Origin: an uncultured virus (IMG/VR IMGVR_UViG_2049941000_000847)
Taxonomy: Duplodnaviria; Heunggongvirae; Uroviricota; Caudoviricetes
IMG/VR virus record: IMGVR_UViG_2049941000_000847
Strand: one strand, 5' to 3'
DNA length: 32,261 nt
The translations under genes were made by a program, and so were the position numbers. Shown in pieces: positions 18,641 to 26,335 of the stretch. Under the pieces are notes generated by a model. It was not told the origin of the DNA. It saw only the letters and a list, made by a program, of their open reading frames with translations, and made no database searches. How positions within the stretch are numbered: position 1 is the stretch's first letter; each line of letters starts with the position of its first letter.

Positions 18641-18837
18641 CGAACTTCGAAAAATGGAAGGCTGCACTGAATGCTAACAACTCGGCATATATAGGTGAAG
18701 CACTTGCCGCACTTGACAGAGGCCGATGCACCTTCTGTCCAGCCAGACACCATGAGCTGGTTATGGATTATGGAATTATTTGTAGTGAATGTTGGGAGGA
18801 ATGGGCGAACACCGAGACCGAGGAAGAACCCAAATGA
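18637..18837 (+). CDS. MTNFEKW-family Cys-rich small protein
   Basis: MTNFEKWK..CTFCPARHH..CSECWEEWANTE. Confidence 0.8.
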   Translation: MTNFEKWKAALNANNSAYIGEALAALDRGRCTFCPARHHELVMDYGIICSECWEEWANTETEEEPK

Positions 18838-19352
18838 CACATTGCGTTGAATCCTTTTCAAAAGAGGACTTGGATACACTCAAGACGGAGTTCGGCAAGA
18901 TGTATTATGGACCCGGACCGAGAGTGACATTATACATTTGTGATGGAAACAAAAGTGTAGAGATATACCACGACACTCATTGCAGATACCTTGTAAAGTT
19001 TTATGGATCGGAATCCGTTGACCATATAGAGCAGACTATAGGTGAATGTATACAAACCATACGGAAAAAGGAAAAAGAGTTTTTCGTTTGCATGGATAAA
19101 ATGAACAGCTTCATCGATATCATAAAATCCGGTCTGATGGACATCGGCAAATGCAAGGGAATGCTCGCCCACATGCCATTGGACTTTATCGAAATGTTCG
19201 TAGATGAAGAAAAGAATAACATTGTGAATTTCCGACCGTTCCGTCAGAAGGCGTATTTTATAGACAAATGTGGTGTTGCATACGTCGAGACTGTCATAAA
19301 CAATGAAAACGCGCATAAGATGCTAGAATTTATAGGAGATTCCATCAAATGA
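18834..19352 (+). CDS. hypothetical protein
   Basis: ATGA overlaps at both ends. Confidence 0.7.
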   Translation: MTHCVESFSKEDLDTLKTEFGKMYYGPGPRVTLYICDGNKSVEIYHDTHCRYLVKFYGSESVDHIEQTIGECIQTIRKKEKEFFVCMDKMNSFIDIIKSGLMDIGKCKGMLAHMPLDFIEMFVDEEKNNIVNFRPFRQKAYFIDKCGVAYVETVINNENAHKMLEFIGDSIK

Positions 19353-19570
19353 AAACGAACTTTGACAAATGGAAGGAAAGTTGGACACCGGAATCGGCCG
19401 GTGAGGCGATGTCCGAAGGTTATCCTTATTGGTGCGGAAATTGTCCTTGCAAGAAACGGTGCGAGGAGTTGGACGACGGTTACGACGGCTGCATCCAGGC
19501 TCACACCGAATGGATGAAGGAAGAAGCCGACGAGGAGTGGTGGAAAAAGGCAGAAGAACAAGGGATTTGA
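19349..19570 (+). CDS. MTNFEKW-family Cys-rich small protein
   Basis: MKTNFDKWK..CGNCPCKKRC..CIQAHTEWMKEE. Confidence 0.78.
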   Translation: MKTNFDKWKESWTPESAGEAMSEGYPYWCGNCPCKKRCEELDDGYDGCIQAHTEWMKEEADEEWWKKAEEQGI

Positions 19571-19621
19571 CAAAGAGGCGACATACTGGCAAACTTTGAG
19601 AAACATGAAGGAGAACAACGA

Positions 19622-19978
19622 ATGACCAACTTCGAGAAGTGGAAGTCTGGACTGACTGCGGAGAATTGCGAGCGTTTCATGCTTGCAGTATTGCAACAGG
19701 TTTTCCCAGATTTTAAACTGACAATCCCCAAAGAAGCGAGTGAGAAATTTCTCGCCTGGGCGAACGCCGAAACCGATGAGGAGGAAACGAAATATATCGT
19801 CCGTTGCGAAGCAGACGTCGGTGCTTGTATGTTCAGTTCTTTTTGGAATGGAAGAACTTTCGAAAAGGGAGAGGAAAATGCAAAGGTGTTCCACAGAAGG
19901 GAGTCTGCCGAAGAGGAGTTGAATCGGTTTGGATATTCCAAAAGAGACTATTCGATCCTGAAGACAACGGAGCTATAA
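19622..19978 (+). CDS. MTNFEKW-family protein lacking the Cys cluster, with a fused C-terminal module
   Basis: MTNFEKWKSGLTAE..FLAWANAE..EEETK, then about 60 more residues. Confidence 0.75.
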   Translation: MTNFEKWKSGLTAENCERFMLAVLQQVFPDFKLTIPKEASEKFLAWANAETDEEETKYIVRCEADVGACMFSSFWNGRTFEKGEENAKVFHRRESAEEELNRFGYSKRDYSILKTTEL

Positions 19979-19980
19979 AG

Positions 19981-20331
19981 ATGAACATGGAAGAGTTCAC
20001 CGAGTATTCGAAGACAGAGTGGACAAAGATTCAAGAAAGGCTGGACGCGCTGGCAAAGAAAAATTGCTGGAAGGCCGAGCTATTCAAGGACAATTGCGTG
20101 TCTAGTTCTTGGTCTATTTGCATAAGAAACAACAATAGATGCGTCGTTGGCGGGTTCACAATTCCGGGATACATCAAGCTAATGTTAGTTGACACGGCAA
20201 CGCATGACGAGGGTAAGTTCGTCGTCGGACGCAAGAGCGATTTCAAGCACATCGTCCCATACACAAAGGAGTGGTTGACGGAAGATGTGATCGAAAATTG
20301 GAAGATGCCCGAGACTGAGGAGACGAAATGA
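19981..20331 (+). CDS. hypothetical protein
   Basis: GGAG RBS; ends EETK. Confidence 0.65.
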   Translation: MNMEEFTEYSKTEWTKIQERLDALAKKNCWKAELFKDNCVSSSWSICIRNNNRCVVGGFTIPGYIKLMLVDTATHDEGKFVVGRKSDFKHIVPYTKEWLTEDVIENWKMPETEETK

Positions 20332-20540
20332 CCGCGAAAGACAAGGTTAAGACTCTTATATCCGTTGACCGAGTGCTAAGCAAAGCCATCAGGCATAGCG
20401 AAGCAAGGCTTGCGCTACAACTTGAACGCGCCGCGTCTAAGCTTGGCTACGATTGTTTGCAAGCCTATCTATTCGGGAAGAAACTTGCCCACGAGATCGT
20501 CGACGAATGGGCGAACGAGGAAACGAGGGAGGAAAAATGA
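20328..20540 (+). CDS. small protein ending in the family-like EWANEE motif
   Basis: ATGA overlap; C-terminus IVDEWANEETREEK. Confidence 0.65.
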   Translation: MTAKDKVKTLISVDRVLSKAIRHSEARLALQLERAASKLGYDCLQAYLFGKKLAHEIVDEWANEETREEK

Positions 20541-20632
20541 CACCCATTGAAGAGTTTGTAATGGCTTTTTTATCTATCGGTATCACTCTTTACCTTTTGT
20601 GTGCTTTGAGAGACCTCCTGTCTGTTTTTTGA
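20537..20632 (+). CDS. 31-aa single-TM peptide
   Basis: GGAGG RBS, ATGA overlap, MTPIEEFVMAFLSIGITLYLLCALRDLLSVF. Confidence 0.5.
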   Translation: MTPIEEFVMAFLSIGITLYLLCALRDLLSVF

Positions 20633-20642
20633 GGGAACATTT

Positions 20643-20852
20643 ATGACGAATTTTGAGAAGTGGCGCCAGACAGTAAGGCCGGAACAACTGGCAGATTTAT
20701 TCAGCAATTTGAACTCTGATGCATGCATTAACTGCCCCGCTAATGGGTTCTGCAACGTGGATGAATATGACGGCATGGAAGATCCAACACTTGTCAGCTG
20801 CTGCCGAGGGGAGTTCCTTAAGTGGGCAAACACCGAGTCGGAAAAACGTTAA
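20643..20852 (+). CDS. MTNFEKW-family Cys-rich small protein
   Basis: MTNFEKWR..CINCPANGFC..CCRGEFLKWANTE. Confidence 0.8.
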   Translation: MTNFEKWRQTVRPEQLADLFSNLNSDACINCPANGFCNVDEYDGMEDPTLVSCCRGEFLKWANTESEKR

Positions 20853-20872
20853 AGACGCATAGGAGACATTTC

Positions 20873-21247
20873 ATGATTATTCGTGGATTCAAACCCGGTA
20901 ATGTGTATGTAAAACAAAGAATGGTGCAAGCCCCTGTGTTTTCGAATGTACCATCCTATCCTGTATATGAAGGGACTGAAATGGAACCCTCGTCGCTCAT
21001 CATAGATTTTGACTATCCCGGCGAAATGATTGAGTTCAAGAAAAATTTTGACAAGATATGTAACGGGGAACTTAGTGCCAAGATAGACATCGTATTCCAC
21101 GAACCAAAGAAGTATGATCCACCGAAGGAGAAAAGCGCGGAACAGCTCGCGAAAGAACTTGCAGAACTAATGGCTGAAGGAGATGTTCTGCGAGAGGAAA
21201 CAAAGAAACTACTCGGAATACCGCTGGGAGACGACTTCGACGAGTGA
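20873..21247 (+). CDS. hypothetical protein
   Basis: AGGAG RBS before the ATG at 20873. Confidence 0.7.
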   Translation: MIIRGFKPGNVYVKQRMVQAPVFSNVPSYPVYEGTEMEPSSLIIDFDYPGEMIEFKKNFDKICNGELSAKIDIVFHEPKKYDPPKEKSAEQLAKELAELMAEGDVLREETKKLLGIPLGDDFDE

Positions 21248-21352
21248 ATTCGTGCCAAAATCGGAGTTGAACATGCGAAAGTTGTATTGCTGCTTGTCAA
21301 GTGCGGGTACGAAACCGACGCATATCTCGACCTGTATTGAGATTCCCGCCGA

Positions 21353-21369
21353 GAAAAATACTATATTGT
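21353..21369 (+). promoter_or_regulatory. recurrent phage promoter motif GAAAAATACTATATTGT
   Basis: Exact 17-mer copy of 6104-6120; TTGAGA upstream. Confidence 0.75.
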
Positions 21370-21407
21370 AGATGACTGGTGAAATCAAATGAACCTAGAG
21401 GTCAGAA

Positions 21408-21632
21408 GTGTCCGACGTTGAAATCTACGAATTGGCAAGCTGGTTGGGAGATACCGAGACCATGTTTTCCATATTCGAAAAGAAAAACACCCCGGAACTC
21501 GACCGCAAGCTGTTCGATGACGATCTCGTCGCGTACTACTGCGACAACTACCACTTCTTCTACGACATCGGAGACCACCTGTTAGACATTTTCGGGCAGG
21601 AACTCAAGTTCGTGATGGATATGGCCGGCTAG
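21408..21632 (+). CDS. small, strongly acidic protein
   Basis: GAGGT RBS with GTG start; rich in D/E and aromatic residues. Confidence 0.65.
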   Translation: MSDVEIYELASWLGDTETMFSIFEKKNTPELDRKLFDDDLVAYYCDNYHFFYDIGDHLLDIFGQELKFVMDMAG

Positions 21633-21667
21633 TTTCCAAAAACACACAAAAAACTAAAGGAGAGACC

Positions 21668-22168
21668 ATGTCGATCGAACGAGAAAAGCTCAACAGATTC
21701 AAGTGTGCCGTACTTCTGGGGGAGCTGAAGGAGACCTTCTCCAGAATCTACGACAACTACAAGGAAGCGTACAACTTCCTGAAGAGCAACGGACGCAAGA
21801 CGGACGAGCTAAATCTCTGCGTGGGAACCGCCAGGGTCAGCGGATACTTCGACGTCGCGGACGGGAAGATAGTCTCCGACATGTGCGACGGCTTCTACAA
21901 GATCGGAATCACCGCTAGCGTCGACATCAACTATGGCGGAATCGTCCTGGTCGGATGCAGCAAGCAGCTGGGGGCGGAATCAATCCCGCTCGATCTAACC
22001 GACTTCGACGCAGTGCTCGATGTTTTAAAAGAAGGGCTTCCACGCAAATTCCCGGGCAACACCAAGAGCCACGCCCTCCATGAATACCGGACCGTTCTCT
22101 CCATTTTCGCGGAGAACATGAACTTCTTCGAGAAGGAAGTCGGCAAGAAGATACGGGAAACCCTCTGA
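21668..22168 (+). CDS. hypothetical protein
   Basis: AAAGGAG RBS, 166 aa. Confidence 0.75.
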   Translation: MSIEREKLNRFKCAVLLGELKETFSRIYDNYKEAYNFLKSNGRKTDELNLCVGTARVSGYFDVADGKIVSDMCDGFYKIGITASVDINYGGIVLVGCSKQLGAESIPLDLTDFDAVLDVLKEGLPRKFPGNTKSHALHEYRTVLSIFAENMNFFEKEVGKKIRETL

Positions 22169-22343
22169 CAAGGACAACGCGATGCAACACGACACCTGTA
22201 CAAACACCACACTGATCGAGGCGTTCATGGGGACCGTATACTCCAGGCACCCTCACGATCTCCAGCCAGGCATGCCAGACAAGATGCCAGGCGGCGAGAA
22301 TGGAAGAAGAAGAAAGTTCGCGGAGTCTCTGACATTTAGGCCG

Positions 22344-22360
22344 GAAAAATACCATATTAT
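22344..22360 (+). promoter_or_regulatory. recurrent phage promoter motif variant GAAAAATACCATATTAT
   Basis: One mismatch to consensus; CTGACA upstream. Confidence 0.65.
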
Positions 22361-22406
22361 ACATTGAGGCCATTAAGATAGACAAGCTTACCAAAGGAGA
22401 AGCAAA

Positions 22407-22721
22407 ATGACGAAAAATCACAAACTCTATGAAGACATCAAAAACGCAATCACGCCCGTTCTGGAGGAATTCTGCTTCGAGCTAAATGACAGCAGTGCCC
22501 GCTCAAGGGTCAAGTCCAGGACGGAGGAGGTTTTGAAAACCTTCCACGACGCCGGCAGATTCGACAGGTTCGCCGTGACCTGCAACGAATTCAACAACAT
22601 CCCTGGCGTCGTCGACAACATGCTCATCATGGACGTCGACATGTCAAACACAGGTTTGAAGAGTCATACAAAGATCCGTTTCTCGATCAGGCCGTCCGGA
22701 ACAGACTGTCAGGAAGCTTAG
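22407..22721 (+). CDS. stand-alone contractile tail sheath C-terminal domain-like protein
   Basis: FELNDSSARSRVK..L..F..G..DRFAVTCNEFNNIPGVVD..parallels sheath C-termini (FEPND..R....L.....G..DF.V.CDE.NNTP.VID); own AAAGGAG RBS. Confidence 0.7.
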   Translation: MTKNHKLYEDIKNAITPVLEEFCFELNDSSARSRVKSRTEEVLKTFHDAGRFDRFAVTCNEFNNIPGVVDNMLIMDVDMSNTGLKSHTKIRFSIRPSGTDCQEA

Positions 22722-22742
22722 CCTGCTTCCACTAGATTTTGC

Positions 22743-22795
22743 CACAAACTTTGTGCAATTTCCCGCCAAAATCGCACAAAAGTTTGTGCAATTTC
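22743..22795. promoter_or_regulatory. tandem palindromic operator-like boxes upstream of the methyltransferase
   Basis: cacaaactttgtgcaatttc (22743-22762) and cacaaaagtttgtgcaatttc (22775-22795). Confidence 0.55.
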
Positions 22796-22854
22796 ACGAC
22801 AAGACTCGCACGGCCGCTGCAAAACAATCTATATTACTCCTAAAGAGGACGTGA

Positions 22855-23709
22855 ATGGCATACAAGATTTTCAACGAAGATTGTTTTGAGTGGATGGGGA
22901 AACAGTCCGAGAACACGATAACCGCCATTGTAACAGACCCTCCATACGGCGTGAAGGAATACACCTCCAAGGAACTCGCCAAGAAGAGATCCGGTTCAGG
23001 AGGCATCTGGCGCATTCCGCAGAAATTCGACGGCTGCACCCGCCAACCCGTTCCAAGGTTCAGCGTGATCAACGACGACCCCGAAGAGAGAAAGAACGTC
23101 TCCCTCTTCTTCGAAAACTGGGCGAAACTGGCAAAAAGGATAATAGTCCCCGGCGGACACATATTCATAGCGGCGACACCCCTCCTCTCCGACCTCGTCA
23201 GCGCGGCTCTCAGATCGGCCGGATTGGAAAAGAGGGGAGAGATAATCCGCACAGTCCACACCCTGAGAGGCGGAGACCGTCCAAAAGGAGCCGAAAAGGA
23301 ATTCCAAGACACATCCGTCATCCCGAAAGCGCAATGGGAACCCTGGCTATTGTTCAGAAAACCATTGTCCGAGAAAACCGTCGCGGAAAATCTCAGAAAA
23401 TGGAAAGCCGGTGCCCTGAGAAGACCAGGAACAGACAAACCATTTTGCGATTTCATTCCCAGCGGGAAAACTCCCAAAACGGAGCGTGAAATCGCAAACC
23501 ACCCGAGCATAAAGCCACAAGCCTTCATGAGACAGATAGTCCGCGCCTCCCTGTCACTCGGAGAAGGAATCGTGTTGGATACCTTTTCAGGCAGCGGATC
23601 CACAATAGCGGCAGCTGAATACATTGGATATGACAGCATAGGGGTGGAGATGGACCAGGAGTTCTATCAGCAGTCCCTGACCGCCATACCTAAATTGGCC
23701 AAATTATAA
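22855..23709 (+). CDS. beta-class N6-adenine/N4-cytosine DNA methyltransferase (orphan)
   Basis: TDPPY near the N-terminus, HPSIKP, LDTFSGSGST and IGVE near the C-terminus; no nuclease gene next to it. Confidence 0.92.
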   Translation: MAYKIFNEDCFEWMGKQSENTITAIVTDPPYGVKEYTSKELAKKRSGSGGIWRIPQKFDGCTRQPVPRFSVINDDPEERKNVSLFFENWAKLAKRIIVPGGHIFIAATPLLSDLVSAALRSAGLEKRGEIIRTVHTLRGGDRPKGAEKEFQDTSVIPKAQWEPWLLFRKPLSEKTVAENLRKWKAGALRRPGTDKPFCDFIPSGKTPKTEREIANHPSIKPQAFMRQIVRASLSLGEGIVLDTFSGSGSTIAAAEYIGYDSIGVEMDQEFYQQSLTAIPKLAKL

Positions 23710-24040
23710 GTGGTCGTTTCCATTTCGGAAACAATTGAATACCGCAGAAGATCGTAGTCTTCGTCTGAACGGACAAATTAACATGTTTCAAAACGAAACA
23801 TGGGGAGACCGGTATATGAATGTATACAAACCATACGGAANNNNNNNNNNNNNNNNNNNNNNNNNNNNNNNNNNNNNNTGAAAAACGAGATTCGGGTCCC
23901 AAAAAACACCCCCGGTGGGGTATTCGGAAGGGGGTATACAAAAATGGTGTTATATTGGCATTTATTGGCAATATCTGATGATATATTGCCAGTTGCAGGT
24001 GGTTTTGGATAAATGAAGAAGAAGAAGAAGNNNNNNNNNN

Positions 24041-24349
24041 ATACCTCCGTCATCCCGAAAGCCCTGTGGGAACCATGGCTATTGTTCAGAAAACCATTGT
24101 CCGAGAAAACCGTCGCGGAAAACCTCAGAAAATGGAAAGCGGGCGCTCTGAGAAGACCTTCCACCGACAAGCCGTTCTGCGATTTCATCCAAAGCGAGAA
24201 GACGCCGAAAATCGAAAGAGACATCATGAACCACCCGAGCATCAAGCCGCAGTCGTTCTTGAGGCAAGTGGTCCGAGCTTCTTTGCCGCTTGGAGAAGGC
24301 GTCGTACTTGACACGTTTTCCGGGAGCGACACCAATTGCGGATACCTTG
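24041..24349 (+). other. diverged partial second copy of the methyltransferase on a small contig between gaps
   Basis: TSVIPKALWEPWLLFRKP...LDTFSGS parallels 23309-23598 with many substitutions, then diverges. Confidence 0.7.
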
Positions 24350-24515
24350 NNNNNNNNNNGTTTCCCTGGAGTTCCATAGTTTTTCCTGGTTTTGCCTGGT
24401 TTTGCGCGGCTGCGCTGGTTGGAGGCTGGAGGTGGGATAGTTTTTTGGGAAGATGGAATTAATCGATCGGTAAACCCTAGGTTGTATACTTTAACTAAAA
24501 TATCCCAAAGGGCTT

Positions 24516-24674
24516 TTTGCACCAATGGAAATTTTCCCGCTTGCGCCTTAAAAATATATATAGGGGCACAAGGGAAAACGAACGGACGGCCGAACGGCCG
24601 ACCGATTTGCACCAATGGAAATTTTCCCGCTTGCGCCTTAAAAATATATATAGGGGCACAAGGGAAAACGAACG
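24516..24674 (+). repeat. perfect 69-bp direct repeat (24516-24584, 24606-24674) with 21-bp palindromic spacer; probable tandem promoter
   Basis: tttgcaccaatgg...aaaaatatatataggggcacaagggaaaacgaacg x2; not next to a gap. Confidence 0.9.
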
Positions 24675-24700
24675 ACCACCACCAACACAAGGAGCCTCAA

Positions 24701-24976
24701 ATGGCAAACAGCTACATCTCCCTCGAAACCGCCCGCGCCCGTTTCGCAGAAAGCGAAAAGATGCTCAAGCGTTGCAAAATCAAGAACCCCTCCGCCACCG
24801 TCCTGCTCCGGGAGGTGCGCGCCCCCTCCGTCGACTACGCCCGCAGCAAGGGAAAGTCCCTCGCCAAGTGGCGAAAAGCCCAGGCCGAAAGGGTGGAGCG
24901 CATCGCTGAACTGAATGCGTGGGAACGAAAGGTCGAGGCGGCTCGCCAGGCTCTCAAAATCCACAAGGCCAAATAA
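24701..24976 (+). CDS. basic hypothetical protein, first gene after the tandem repeat
   Basis: AAGGAG RBS; K/R/A-rich, 91 aa. Confidence 0.75.
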   Translation: MANSYISLETARARFAESEKMLKRCKIKNPSATVLLREVRAPSVDYARSKGKSLAKWRKAQAERVERIAELNAWERKVEAARQALKIHKAK

Positions 24977-25018
24977 GGCCTTGTGTTCCCCTCCCCAGGG
25001 TTACCACAATGGGGAAAC

Positions 25019-25066
25019 AGGCCTACTGCGTTGGGCAGTATAGGGGGTTCGACTCCCCCTAGGCCT
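25019..25066 (+). ncRNA. tRNA-like three-way junction with T-loop (not a full tRNA)
   Basis: aggcc[tactgc-gttgg-gcagta][taggggg-TTCGACT-cccccta]ggcct. Confidence 0.5.
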
Positions 25067-25163
25067 CTATGAGGTGAATACTTTCACCTCAAAGCACTCT
25101 ATGAGGTCTGCACTTTGCCTCATATGGTGCTAAATCAACTCAAAGTGCAAAAAGGAGAGCACT

Positions 25164-25642
25164 ATGCTCAACGCCGAACTGAAGTCCATTCTCACCCCCT
25201 CCACCACCCTCGTTCTCGCCGTCCGTGCGAAGACCGAAGACAAGACGCTCACTCCTACGAACGCGTCCTATATCAATGCGGTGGATCCCATGGCTCCCAA
25301 GAAGAGCCTGGCCGACGTGGACTCTCGCTTCCTCTCGGAACGCAAGTCCAAGACCAATCCCAATCCTCGCAAGGCTCATGCTTTCAAGGAGTATACCTCC
25401 CTCCTCTTCGTCGGCGGTCAGTATGACTACCGTGCGGAGAACGCCAAGCTCGGTGGTCAGTCGCTTCTCGAAGCGGCCGATGCCGCCGCCGCTCGCAAGG
25501 CGGAAGGCAAGGTCTACGAGTCCAAGAAGGAGTGGGTCGAGGGCTATGGTCCCGTCAAGACGGGGGCTCACCTCCCCTGCACTGACGGCACGGACAGCCC
25601 GATTGAGGTCACTTCTCAGGCTGGCGTCCTCCTTGCCGACAA
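25164..25642 (+). CDS. hypothetical protein (3' end obscured by gaps)
   Basis: AAAGGAG RBS, strong codon bias. Confidence 0.7.
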
Positions 25643-25918
25643 NNNNNNNNNNTGCTGCGGCTCGCAAGGCCGAAGGTAAGGTCTACGAGTCCAAGAAGGA
25701 GTGGGTCGTGGGATACGGTCCCGTGAAGACGGGGGCTCATCTCCCCTGCACTGACGGGACTGACAGCCCGATTGAGGTCACTTCTCAGGCTGGCGTCCTC
25801 CTTGCCGACAANNNNNNNNNNCCGCGAAGAGTTTGAGCAGTCGTATGATAGAGAGTGACCACTGAAGAGGGTTCACGGTGAACCCTCGGTTTCCAACCCC
25901 CAAACAAGGAGAAAAGCC

Positions 25919-26335
25919 ATGAAGCTTTTTAACCTCGCAACCGACATGAACCGCGTCCTGGAAAAGTACGGTTTCTCCGAAACCGAAGCTCGTAACATGA
26001 CGCAGAAGTGGGAAAGGGATCTCGGTCGTGGTCTCGTGANNNNNNNNNNGGAGAACCCCGAGTCCCTGACTCTTGTCGGGTACTCGGTCGACGGCCTGAA
26101 GAAGACCGCCAAGGAGGCTGGCATCTCCATCCCCGAGACCACCTATGAGGTGATCACTATGGACGGGGAGGTCTCCTCCTACAATCCGTGGGACGATCAG
26201 TACAAGGAATTCCATTCCTATGCTGAGAAGACCCGCGAGCCGGTCACTCCCATCAACATCCTCGCCGAGAACATCATCTCGGTGGAGGTCGTCGGGACGC
26301 GCAATCCCGACGGGACCATCGACTGGGCCAAGTAG
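25919..26335 (+). CDS. hypothetical protein (spans gap)
   Basis: AAGGAG RBS. Confidence 0.7.
   Translation: MKLFNLATDMNRVLEKYGFSETEARNMTQKWERDLGRGLVXXXXENPESLTLVGYSVDGLKKTAKEAGISIPETTYEVITMDGEVSSYNPWDDQYKEFHSYAEKTREPVTPINILAENIISVEVVGTRNPDGTIDWAK

Noticed and set aside
24516..24674. Mini CRISPR array
   Set aside because: Only two units; the 69-bp repeat and 21-bp palindromic spacer are outside CRISPR norms; no cas genes
25633..25811. Internal repeat in ORF 25164
   Set aside because: Isolated between two gaps with mostly synonymous differences; an alternative haplotype of about 25485-25642
25862..25893. Hammerhead ribozyme (CTGAAGAG followed by a stem)
   Set aside because: The required GAAA after stem II is absent (GGTTTC instead)
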